Positions 1-8,638 of a stretch of 64,000 nucleotides of DNA are shown here, in pieces; the first letter of the stretch is position 1; every line of letters begins with the position of its first letter. The position numbers were made by a program, and so were the translations under genes. Origin of the DNA: Patescibacteria group bacterium (GTDB lineage Bacteria; Patescibacteriota; Minisyncoccia; JAHIHE01; JAGLIN01); contig JBAXYM010000001.1 of assembly GCA_041670805.1 (NCBI GenBank), positions 29,612-93,611 on the forward strand. The letters run 5' to 3'. The notes beneath the pieces are model-generated. The model searched no databases. It saw only the letters and a program-made list of their open reading frames with translations, and was not told the origin of the DNA.

Positions 1-1488
1 GTTGGTGAACATAATGACGGGGATATTTTGTATGTCATTATCGCCTTTTATCTCTTTGAGAAATTCATAGCCTTGCTCGGCCACGACGTTTACCATTCCG
101 TCTTTTTCTTTCTTCTTGAGGATAACGTCCAAAGCCACGACGTCGATGCCGCCGCTTTTCAAAAGATTTTTTGCTTCGGGCAGGTCGTACGTGGAATAAA
201 AAGTGTGTCCGAACTTTTCGAAATAAATTTTGTACAAATCAACAATATCTTGCTCGTCTTCAACCATTAGAACGGAGTATGTCTTGCTAATCTTCTCTTT
301 GCCGACTTTGCGATTGTCGGTGGCTACATGAGTTTTAATGCCGCTGTTTTTTCCGGTCTTTTCCGGTTTCGCTTTTTCCAGAGTAAAACTGAACGTAGTT
401 CCTTTTCCCACTTCCGATTTCTCAAGTCTAAGCTCTCCGCCGCTGTTTTCTATGATATTTTTTGCAATATAGAGACCGAGACCGGATCCGTCCGGATGGA
501 TGGTCGACGCAATGGATCCTCTTGAAAATTTTATAAATAATCTTTTTTGATCCTCCTCCGATATGCCCGCTCCGGAATCGGAGATAAAAACTTTCAGGTA
601 CTGTTTTTTGCCTTGTTTTATGATTTCAAACCAAACTTTTATAATCCCCTTTGAAGTGTAATAAACAGCGTTGTCCAATAAATTCGAAACTACGTGCGTT
701 ATCATTTTTTGGTCGCACAACACTTTGGGTACGGAAAAATCCGGCTTGATCACTTCGATCTTTAGCTTTCTGTCCAAGACCAGCTTCATGGTCTTTTTTT
801 CTTTCACCATGTCGTTGATAATTCTTCCTATATCCGTTGCGCTCGGTTCCACCGAAATCTTTTGCCCTTCAAGCTCAAAAGCATCCCAAAAATCCGCAAT
901 AGTGCGGCTCATTCTCTCCAGTCCGTTTGCGGCGATCTCCATTCCGCGATCGACAGGGAGCGACTTGTCTTCCATCATCGCGAAGGCGTTTCTCATTATA
1001 GACAGGGGAGTGTTCAGTTGATGATTCACCGTACGCAAAAACTCGCTTTTCATATTCAACAGCTCCTCTAAGTGCTGATTTTTTTTCGTTATGTCCCTTG
1101 TCTGTTCCTCAACTCTCTCCTCGAGCTTCTTTGAAAACTTTTTCAGGTCATTCTTCGCTTTCTTCTCGAGAAAATTAGCCTTAATAATCTTTTCGGTGCT
1201 GCCGTTAAAATAATATCCGTAAACAATAACCATAGTAAAAACGATTATTATGACAGGAGCGGGAACCGTTTTTTCGAATAGGTAAATTAAAAGAAAAGAA
1301 AAACATATTAAAACGAGACTGATTATTTGATAGCGCATAAATAAACAGCTGCGGAATTTGAGTTCGCAATATTGACAGCGTCTATAAGGAGGATAATTGA
1401 GATTCTTTACCAACCAACATTTTGTGTTTAGATAATGACCCTCTCCTGCCTTTTTCTGTTTAGTTTGATTTTTTTCTTTAGTTTTCAT
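1..1488 (-). CDS. Hybrid sensor histidine kinase (Cys-rich N-terminus, 2 TM, HisKA, HATPase, C-terminal receiver); runs off the window edge
   Basis: Manual translation (absent from ORF track because no stop in window): MKTKEKNQ...KCWLVKNLNYPPYRRCQYCELKFRSC; H-box EFLRTVNHQLNTPL; N-box SNLLDNAVYYT; G1 ISDSGAGIS; G2 GSGLGLYI; receiver VLMVEDE...VVALDVIL. ATG overlaps the upstream TGA (TGATG). Confidence 0.9.
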   Translation of the reverse strand, partial: MKTKEKNQTKQKKAGEGHYLNTKCWLVKNLNYPPYRRCQYCELKFRSCLFMRYQIISLVLICFSFLLIYLFEKTVPAPVIIIVFTMVIVYGYYFNGSTEKIIKANFLEKKAKNDLKKFSKKLEERVEEQTRDITKKNQHLEELLNMKSEFLRTVNHQLNTPLSIMRNAFAMMEDKSLPVDRGMEIAANGLERMSRTIADFWDAFELEGQKISVEPSATDIGRIINDMVKEKKTMKLVLDRKLKIEVIKPDFSVPKVLCDQKMITHVVSNLLDNAVYYTSKGIIKVWFEIIKQGKKQYLKVFISDSGAGISEEDQKRLFIKFSRGSIASTIHPDGSGLGLYIAKNIIENSGGELRLEKSEVGKGTTFSFTLEKAKPEKTGKNSGIKTHVATDNRKVGKEKISKTYSVLMVEDEQDIVDLYKIYFEKFGHTFYSTYDLPEAKNLLKSGGIDVVALDVILKKKEKDGMVNVVAEQGYEFLKEIKGDNDIQNIPVIMFTN

Positions 1489-1940
1489 CAGGCGCGTTTA
1501 GTGTGAATAGTTTTCGTCTTGAGCAAAAAATTTTTTAAAAGGATATACATCAGTGTTGCTACGCAAAAACCAACTAGGCAGGCTACAAAAATCATCAAGG
1601 TAACTACCAAAATGTAAATCCATGCGAAGGAGGTATATTTAGTAAATTGTAATAATAGAAATCCGATTAAAAGTAACAAACCAGTCATTCCAGATACAAA
1701 GCTCAACTCGCCAGATTCTTTTTGCAACGGTCTTACTTTTTTCTTCAAAACATTCTTTTCCACAAAAACATGAATTTGATAGGGGATGTTTAGCTTCAAA
1801 GAAAAAGCGCCCAAAATAGTTAAAACACCTACAGCTAAAACTAGCCATTTACTGTGAATGAAAAATGCAATTAGAACTATGACGCCATAAATAAACCTTG
1901 AAAATTTCAAAGATCTGTCATAAATCGAGCATTGTTGCAT
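1488..1940 (-). CDS. DUF4395-like membrane protein
   Basis: 150 aa, about 4 hydrophobic segments, D..SLKFSR start and C-terminal ACLVGFCVA motif resembling DUF4395. Confidence 0.6.
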   Translation of the reverse strand: MQQCSIYDRSLKFSRFIYGVIVLIAFFIHSKWLVLAVGVLTILGAFSLKLNIPYQIHVFVEKNVLKKKVRPLQKESGELSFVSGMTGLLLLIGFLLLQFTKYTSFAWIYILVVTLMIFVACLVGFCVATLMYILLKNFLLKTKTIHTKRA

Positions 1941-1970
1941 ATTGTTTGTGATTATTTTTTTGTTTATATT

Positions 1971-3305
1971 TTATAAAAGCAATTCAGATTCAACGCATTT
2001 TTTAACTGCATTACAGGCTTTTTTTACATCCTGAAGATTGTTATAAATATAAAAACTTAGCCTACAACTTGCAGGAGGATCCATTTTTTGGTAATGGTGC
2101 GCTAGGGTGGCACAATGGCATCCAGCTCTTGGTTCTACTCCGAATTCATTCAATTTCTCTGCGATTGCGAAAGGGCTAATGCCTGGACAATTAAAAGCAA
2201 CTAAAGAAGTCCTGTCTCCTTTCCCAGGCCCATATATTTCTATTGAGGGGATCTTGCTTAATATTTTTAAGGCTTCTTCGACTAATTCTTTTTCGTGAAT
2301 CTCAATGTTATTCATTGCCCTTTTAACATCATCCGACTCTAACTTTTTGTCGGTCATAAAATAAACTTCCTTGCCCGGGTTTAAAGAGAAATCTATCAAT
2401 AGACGTACTGCCTGGGCGGATAAGATAGTTCCGAGAGTATTAGGCGTTCCTGCTGTAAATTTCCAGGGGAGGACATTATATTCCACTTTCTCTGGGCTTA
2501 CTGCTCCTTCGGCAATCATGTCTCCTCCGTAGAGAAAAGGCCTTATACTCTGCAATATTTCTTCTTTAGCATACAAAGCGCCGACACCAAAAGGGGCAAG
2601 CATCTTATGAAAAGACCAAGCAAGAAAATCAATGTCCAATTCTTTTACGTTGATATATACGTTCGGAACGATTTGGGCTCCGTCAATTAAGAGATAGGAT
2701 CTTTTCATGCCATTTGGTTGTTCGTATCCGCTGGTATCGGCGATTTTTCTAATTTCCCTTATCGGGTTCTTGGTACCTAGGAAATTTGAAGCTCCGACGC
2801 AACAAATCAATTTGGTTTTTTTATCTACCAAAGATTTTAAATGGTTTAAATCTAGTTTTCCTGTTTTTGTGTTATATTTTACGAGTCTGCATTCTACGTT
2901 GATTCCAAATTTTGGCAATATCTCTTTTGTCAACGCATACCATGGTACATAATCTGAGTTGTGTTCCATGTAGGTTGTGATGATATTGTCTCCATTTTTA
3001 AACTCGGTCATCAAAGAATACATCACCGAATTAATTGCTTCAGTAGTATTTCTGTATAAAATAATATTTTTTCTGCTCGGTGCCCCAATAAATTGCGCTA
3101 TAGTATCATAAGAGGATTCAAACATTTCTGTCATTGCCATTGAGGCTTGAGATTGTCCTCGATGGACACTCTCGTATCCGACAGCAAGCTTATCTAATAA
3201 ATCCAGTAATTGGATGGGGATTTGGGTGCTTGCTGCGTTATTGGTAATAAGTCTTCCTGATTGTATGGCGGGAAAAAACTCCCTAATTATTTTTGTATCA
3301 AGCAT
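1971..3305 (-). CDS. SufS/CsdA-like PLP-dependent cysteine desulfurase, paralogue 1
   Basis: NNAASTQ, EHNS, DGAQ, SFHK (PLP lysine), AGTP, RAGCHCA (catalytic Cys), RLSFYIYN. Confidence 0.88.
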   Translation of the reverse strand: MLDTKIIREFFPAIQSGRLITNNAASTQIPIQLLDLLDKLAVGYESVHRGQSQASMAMTEMFESSYDTIAQFIGAPSRKNIILYRNTTEAINSVMYSLMTEFKNGDNIITTYMEHNSDYVPWYALTKEILPKFGINVECRLVKYNTKTGKLDLNHLKSLVDKKTKLICCVGASNFLGTKNPIREIRKIADTSGYEQPNGMKRSYLLIDGAQIVPNVYINVKELDIDFLAWSFHKMLAPFGVGALYAKEEILQSIRPFLYGGDMIAEGAVSPEKVEYNVLPWKFTAGTPNTLGTILSAQAVRLLIDFSLNPGKEVYFMTDKKLESDDVKRAMNNIEIHEKELVEEALKILSKIPSIEIYGPGKGDRTSLVAFNCPGISPFAIAEKLNEFGVEPRAGCHCATLAHHYQKMDPPASCRLSFYIYNNLQDVKKACNAVKKCVESELLL

Positions 3306-3370
3306 ATAAGTATTATTTAGATAATCCCCCCCTATATTTTCTTCTATTGCGATGAATTTCCTGATATAAC

Positions 3371-4705
3371 TTAAGCTTCAACTCCGGCGCATTTTTTTAC
3401 GGCATCGCAAGCTTTTTTGACGTCTTCGAGATCATTATAGACATAGAAACTCAGTCTGCAACTCGCTATAATAGGCTTCATATCATAATAACGATGCGCC
3501 AAAGAGGCGCAATGGCATCCGGCTCTGGATTCCACTCCGAATTTATTTAATTCTTCAGCAAGTTTGTAAGGGCTGATGCCGGGACAATTAAAGGAAAGCA
3601 AAGAAGTTCTGTCGGCGGGATCCTTCGGTCCATAGATTTCTACTGAGGGAATTTCGTTTAAGATTTTTAAGGCTTCTGTTGCCAACTCTTTTTCGTGGGT
3701 CTCGATATTATTCATCGCTTTTTCTATTTCGAATGGCTCCAATTTTTTATCGGTCATAAAATAAACTTCCTTGCCTGGGTTCAGGGAGAAATCCATCAAT
3801 AAGCGCAAGGCCTGGGCAGACAAAATGGTTCCCAAAATATTAGGCGTTCCTGCCGTAAACTTCCAGGGAAGTTCATTGTATTTCAATCTGTCCGGATATA
3901 CTGATCCATCTTCAATCATATCCCCTCCATAAAGAAACGGTCTCATGCCTTGCAATATTTCTTCCCTGGCATACAGCGCGCCAACACCAAAAGGCGCAAG
4001 CATTTTATGAAAAGACCATGCAAGAAAATCCACATCCAATTCTTTTACGTCGATATAAATATTGGGGACAGTCTGCGCTCCGTCAAGCAGAAAATAAGAT
4101 TTTTTCATTCCGTTCGGTTGTTCATATCCGCTGGCATCGGCTATCTTTCGAATTTCTTTAATCGGATTTTTGGTATCCAAAAAATTCGAAGCTCCCGTGC
4201 AACAAACTATTTTCGTTCTGTTGTCCACCAGAGATTTTAAATGATCCATGTCAAGCTTCCCCGTCTCCTTGTCAAATTTTACAAGTCTGTATTCTACGTT
4301 GACGCCAAACCTCGGCAATATCTCTTTTGACATTCCGTACCAAGGGATAAAGTTCGAGTTGTGCTCCATATGAGTCGTGACCACGTTGTCACCGTCTTTG
4401 AATTCGGTCATCAAGGAATACATCACGGAGTTGATCGCTTCCGTGGTGTTTCTGTATAAAACTATATTTCTTTTGCTCGGCGCTCCGATAAATTGCGCTA
4501 TGGTGTCGTAAGAGGATTCAAACATTTTCGTCATAGACATTGAGGCCTGAGACTGTCCGCGGTGGACATTTTCGTAACCGGTGACAATCTCTGTCAGCAA
4601 ATCCAACAACTGAACGGGGACTTGCGTACTTGCGGCATTGTTGGAGATAAGCCTTCCCGATTGTATGGAAGGAAAGAATTCCCTAATCGTTTTGGTGTCG
4701 AGCAT
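3371..4705 (-). CDS. SufS/CsdA-like cysteine desulfurase, paralogue 2
   Basis: Same motifs and same 444-aa length; highly similar to 1971..3305 throughout. Confidence 0.88.
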   Translation of the reverse strand: MLDTKTIREFFPSIQSGRLISNNAASTQVPVQLLDLLTEIVTGYENVHRGQSQASMSMTKMFESSYDTIAQFIGAPSKRNIVLYRNTTEAINSVMYSLMTEFKDGDNVVTTHMEHNSNFIPWYGMSKEILPRFGVNVEYRLVKFDKETGKLDMDHLKSLVDNRTKIVCCTGASNFLDTKNPIKEIRKIADASGYEQPNGMKKSYFLLDGAQTVPNIYIDVKELDVDFLAWSFHKMLAPFGVGALYAREEILQGMRPFLYGGDMIEDGSVYPDRLKYNELPWKFTAGTPNILGTILSAQALRLLMDFSLNPGKEVYFMTDKKLEPFEIEKAMNNIETHEKELATEALKILNEIPSVEIYGPKDPADRTSLLSFNCPGISPYKLAEELNKFGVESRAGCHCASLAHRYYDMKPIIASCRLSFYVYNDLEDVKKACDAVKKCAGVEA

Positions 4706-4741
4706 ATGATTATTATTAATAAAAGCCTCCTATACAGCTAT

Positions 4742-4770
4742 TATAATCAATATGGCGATTTAAAGCAATA
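4742..4770 (-). promoter_or_regulatory. Sigma70-type promoter of the sufS-like operon
   Basis: Minus strand TTGCTT-17 bp-TATAAT upstream of 4705. Confidence 0.6.
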
Positions 4771-4779
4771 TGCCTTTTT

Positions 4780-5422
4780 GTTCGAAAGAGAATTGCCTTT
4801 CAGGATAGAAATTTACCGCAAGAATGTGTCACGCTCAGAGCTTGGAATTTACAGATGGAGAGTGTCATTGCCAAGGGACCAAGGCTCCTTTACGGAAAAT
4901 TACGATAAATTAAAGATTAATGTAGGGGAGGTTTTGTCTGAATATGAGAAATTCATATTCTGGTATCTGGAAGAAGGAAAATTAATTTCTGATATGGATA
5001 TTCAAATTGAGTCGTTTTTCCGGACATCCGTGATAAAAGGAAGGAAAATCAATACATTTAAGAAAGATTCTTTATGTTGCGAGTATAAAAAGCAGGCTTT
5101 AGCGGTTAAGCCAAATGGTGATGTTGTTGCATGCACTGCGTTTACTAATCTAGTAATCGGTAACTTGCAACAAGATTCAATAGGAGAAATTTGGTATTCG
5201 GAAAAAATGCAGAAAGTAAAGCAGATAAAAGTCTCATATGTAAAGGAATGCATTGATTGCGAGTACCTGTATTTATGTGGTACTGGGTGTCGCAGGATGG
5301 CGCTTTCAAAGACGGGCTCTTTATTCGCAAAAGATGAATCGGCATGTGAGATCTACAAGTTTATCCATAATAAAATAATCCCAATGTTTAATGAATTCCA
5401 ATTGCAGATTAATTTTGACTGA
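4780..5422 (+). pseudogene. 5'-truncated radical SAM/SPASM-domain gene
   Basis: SPASM signature C...VKPNGDVVAC...IGNL...CIDCEYLYLCGTGCR...C; no CxxxCxxC motif; upstream part of the tracked ORF overlaps the sufS start and promoter; 5' boundary approximate. Confidence 0.65.
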
Positions 5423-5608
5423 TCTCTTAATGGAACCTTTGGGAACCATGGTAGTATCTGATAGATATTACCGTTTTTTTATTCACTTTTTCGTTAAAAA
5501 GGTTATAATATAAACAAGAATTCTAACAAAAGGATATAAACCAGAATAATAAAAACAATCAAAGTGTTATTGTATTGGTGCTTTTATATTATTAAATGAA
5601 AAATATTT

Positions 5609-6106
5609 ATGCCAAAAACCGAGTTAAGAAATTTACGTTTTTCGGATGCTAAGAGGATTTATGAAATTGTAGACAATCCGAATTTTGTTTATTTCGTGAA
5701 GCCCCTGTCGCTTGAGGCTTATAAAAAACTTTTAATAAAAAAAAGAAAAAAAAGGGGGCTGGAGTATAATCATGCCATCTTATATGACAAAAAATTAGTA
5801 GGCAATATCGGCATTAAAATAGATTATCATCGTTCCTATGTTGGCGAAATCAATTATTTTGTTGAAGAAAAGTTTTGGGGCAAAGGAATAGCTACCGAGG
5901 CTGTCTATCTAATGGAAGAAATAGCTTTTCAGAGACTGAGGTTAAATCGTATTGAAATTCTGATGAGTCCTAAGAATATTGCAAGTGAAAAAGTTGCCAT
6001 TAAGGCGGGATATAAGAAGGAGGGGGTTATGAGCGGAGTGGTAAAAGATAGCAAAGGCGAATTCTTCGATGTATTGCTTTATGCAAAAACAAAGAAGAAA
6101 AAGTGA
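5609..6106 (+). CDS. GNAT acetyltransferase, RimJ/RimL family
   Basis: LRNLRFSDA, GEINY, FWGKGIATEA, NIASEKVAIKAGYKKEG. Confidence 0.85.
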   Translation: MPKTELRNLRFSDAKRIYEIVDNPNFVYFVKPLSLEAYKKLLIKKRKKRGLEYNHAILYDKKLVGNIGIKIDYHRSYVGEINYFVEEKFWGKGIATEAVYLMEEIAFQRLRLNRIEILMSPKNIASEKVAIKAGYKKEGVMSGVVKDSKGEFFDVLLYAKTKKKK

Positions 6107-6108
6107 AC

Positions 6109-6171
6109 TTTGTGCGATACTGTAGCCATAGTGTATCTTATCTATGAATTATGGCTACAGTATCGCACAAA
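6109..6171. repeat. Perfect 22-bp inverted repeat with 19-nt loop
   Basis: TTTGTGCGATACTGTAGCCATA ... TATGGCTACAGTATCGCACAAA. Confidence 0.9.
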
Positions 6172-6300
6172 ATACGATTTTTAGCATTACATATTTACCA
6201 TTATCTCGATTTTTTCAATAATTTCGAAAAAACATTGGATGAAGTATGGACCAAGCGGGTCTAACAATATTATCCTAAATATGAAATTAATGATAAAAAT

Positions 6301-6774
6301 ATGAAAACAAGAATTGTGGCGCGCGCATTGGTTTATGACGAGGATCAAAACACGATTTTACTGGTAAGAAATAAAAACTCTGATTTTTGGTATGTTCCTG
6401 GAGGCGGTTGGGAATATGAAAAAGAGAACATACCTGAGTGTGCAGTCCGGGAAGTAAAAGAGGAAACGGGGTTGGAGGTTAAAATAGAAAAATTTCTGTA
6501 TTTACGGGAATATCACGATTCACCGGAGGATATATTTTTTGAATCGTTTTGGTTGGCATCAGTAAAAAATAACGCTATTTTAAATAAAAACCATGTAGAT
6601 TTGGATTCCAATGGATCTGTGGAAGAGGCAAGGTGGTTTGCTAAAGAAGATCTATTGAAGCTGGAGGTTTATCCTGACATATTTAAAACTACTTTCTGGG
6701 ATAATATAAAAAATATTGTTGCCGACGAGGATAGATTTATCGGAGTAAATTGCCAGGACCGTAGAGATTCTTGA
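6301..6774 (+). CDS. NUDIX hydrolase
   Basis: Nudix box PGGGWEYEKENIPECAVREVKEETGL. Confidence 0.9.
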   Translation: MKTRIVARALVYDEDQNTILLVRNKNSDFWYVPGGGWEYEKENIPECAVREVKEETGLEVKIEKFLYLREYHDSPEDIFFESFWLASVKNNAILNKNHVDLDSNGSVEEARWFAKEDLLKLEVYPDIFKTTFWDNIKNIVADEDRFIGVNCQDRRDS

Positions 6775-6940
6775 AGTTTTCATTAGCAAAATTTACGTTG
6801 ATGGTACAGAGAAAACCGTTTCAAAGGAAAGCGCATCAAGCCTATGGCAAAACAGTATAATCTTTTTTGATATAGAATTTTCTTTCCTTGATTTGGATAG
6901 GGATTTGTTTTTTGGGATTCGTTAAGATGGATAACAAAGC

Positions 6941-7109
6941 AAAAAACAGGCTTTTTAGAAGTCTGTTTTTTGTGTCTCGCTAAAATCATTTTATTTCCTT
7001 CTTCTTCGCAATGTCCGTCTGGATCAATGCTTCGATAATTTCGTCCAGATTTCCCGCCAGCACGTTCTCAATCTCGTGCCAGCTTTCTTTGATGCGGTGG
7101 TCGGTGATG
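6941..7109 (-). repeat. Displaced duplicate of the prfA 3' end plus its terminator
   Basis: 6986-7109 matches 9708-9831 with one mismatch seen ([30 protein letters not shown][T/A]DIAKKKEIK*); terminator 6941-6972 resembles 9664-9694. Confidence 0.95.
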
Positions 7110-7384
7110 GTGTCGCTACTGATTTATGCTCTATTGCAAGAGCGATAGTCGTTCCAAGATCCAGGGAAGAAAAAACAAAACTTCTTGACGAAGCAAGAAA
7201 GCTTCGCCGGATGGGTATATGTGTCGATTACATCCCGATGATTTCTTATACAGAGGATGAAGTCTTGGCTTATGCTAAAAAAAGAGGATTTTCGTTCCTA
7301 ATAACGAATGATCCTAAAGGCTTACAAATTAGGAATATCAAAGACGGAAGCAATCTGTCAAACATATTATTAATTACGACCTAA
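7110..7384 (+). pseudogene. 3' fragment resembling a HisRS/class IIa aaRS anticodon-binding domain (or HisZ tail)
   Basis: ARKLRRMGICVD...LAYAKKRGFSFLI...LQIRNIKDG pattern; begins at the prfA-repeat junction with no start of its own. Confidence 0.5.
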
Positions 7385-7395
7385 TTGTCGTAATA

Positions 7396-7434
7396 ACCTC
7401 TCTGCATATCAAATTGCAGAGAGGAACTTTTTTT
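7396..7434 (+). terminator. Intrinsic terminator
   Basis: CCTCTCTGCA-loop-TGCAGAGAGG followed by a T run. Confidence 0.7.
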
Positions 7435-7454
7435 ATAGTTTTTTTATAGTTATC

Positions 7455-7502
7455 TTGACATTATAATCATATCCGTTATACTTGCTTTATCTAAGTAAAG
7501 TA
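7455..7502 (+). promoter_or_regulatory. Sigma70 promoter with adjoining palindromic operator
   Basis: TTGACA (7455)-16 bp-TATACT; TGCTTTA-N6-TAAAGTA at 7483-7502. Confidence 0.7.
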
Positions 7503-7515
7503 GTAGAAGAAGCAT

Positions 7516-7848
7516 ATGTTTTCAAATATGGACAAGAAAAAGATAAATGGGCTTATGGATGCGATTATGCTGTTGAAGACTCCAGAAGAAATGGAGAAGT
7601 TCTTTCGCGATCTTTTGACGGAAAATGAACTGATTGAATTTGGAAATAGATGGAAAGCGGCTGGAATGCTATGGGATAAAGAGTCATATGTCGACATAGC
7701 CAAGGAAACCGGGCTTAGTTCAACAACTATAGCTAGGGTTTCAAAATGGTTGAACGGTGGTAAGGAAGGTTATAAATTGATTTTGAATCGTATGGCGATT
7801 GATGAAAAACATCATAATGTTCCTTATAAAAAGAAGGGTTCGCTTTAG
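7516..7848 (+). CDS. TrpR-like YerC/YecD (HisR-type) repressor
   Basis: FFRDLLTENEL..FGNRWKAA.ML...SYVDIAKETGLSSTTIARV..WL..G..GY. Confidence 0.88.
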   Translation: MFSNMDKKKINGLMDAIMLLKTPEEMEKFFRDLLTENELIEFGNRWKAAGMLWDKESYVDIAKETGLSSTTIARVSKWLNGGKEGYKLILNRMAIDEKHHNVPYKKKGSL

Positions 7849-7932
7849 AAATGTATCGTGTCTATTCTACAAGTAAGCCCTTATCTTCGGAAAAGGGTAT
7901 TTTTTATTAAAGATTGAATAATAATCAAAGCA

Positions 7933-8487
7933 ATGGCAAAAAGAAAAATGCAAATCGGGGTGATGGGATCAGCGGCTGACCTCAAATATATCAAGGAATT
8001 TGAAGAAGCAGCGCAAGAAATCGGCTATTGGGTAGCAAAAAGCGGTGCGACACTGGTTTTTGGAGCTGAAAAAGACTATGATTCTCTTTCTACGGCAGCA
8101 TGTCGTGGCGCAAAATCGGCGGATGGTATTACGATAGGAGTTACGTACGGCAAGGGGCTGGATATCTTTGAAAAAGATAATGTTGATATAGTAATAGCTA
8201 CCGGCATGGAAAGAGGTGGTGGCAGGGAAATGGCGTTGGTCCTAAGCTGCGATGCGGTCATAGCGCTCAATGGCGGATCAGGAACACTTACAGAAATCGC
8301 GATTGCCTATCAGGCGAATATCCCTGTAATTGTGTTGGAAGGGTATGGGGGGTGGAGCGGAAGGCTGATAGGGGAATATCTTGATGCGAGACAGCGGATT
8401 CTGATTGAAAGCGAAAAGACGCCTCAACTGGTAGTGGAAAAGGCAATCAAATTAGCTAAAAATAAATATGACACTTCAATTTTATAA
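7933..8487 (+). CDS. LOG/SLOG family protein (TIGR00725-like)
   Basis: IGVMGSA, GGGREMALVLSCDAVIALNGGSGTLTEIAIAY. Confidence 0.85.
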   Translation: MAKRKMQIGVMGSAADLKYIKEFEEAAQEIGYWVAKSGATLVFGAEKDYDSLSTAACRGAKSADGITIGVTYGKGLDIFEKDNVDIVIATGMERGGGREMALVLSCDAVIALNGGSGTLTEIAIAYQANIPVIVLEGYGGWSGRLIGEYLDARQRILIESEKTPQLVVEKAIKLAKNKYDTSIL

Positions 8488-8638
8488 AATTATCCAGACC
8501 TTCGCTCATCAGAGCCGTCTCTTCTTGGAAGAGATTGGCTGTGATTAATGCGCGATGATTTTGCATATACCTCACCTCCTATCCCTTTCCGAAAGAGACT
8601 TTTTTTCGGAAAGAAAAACAAAAATAGGAGGAAAATAA

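Noticed and set aside
4562-4780. N-terminus of the tracked 286-aa ORF
   Set aside because: Overlaps the sufS-like gene antisense and its promoter; no radical SAM motif.
7076-7109. Start of the tracked 102-aa ORF ([11 protein letters not shown])
   Set aside because: It is the antisense of the duplicated prfA end; the same peptide appears at 9798.
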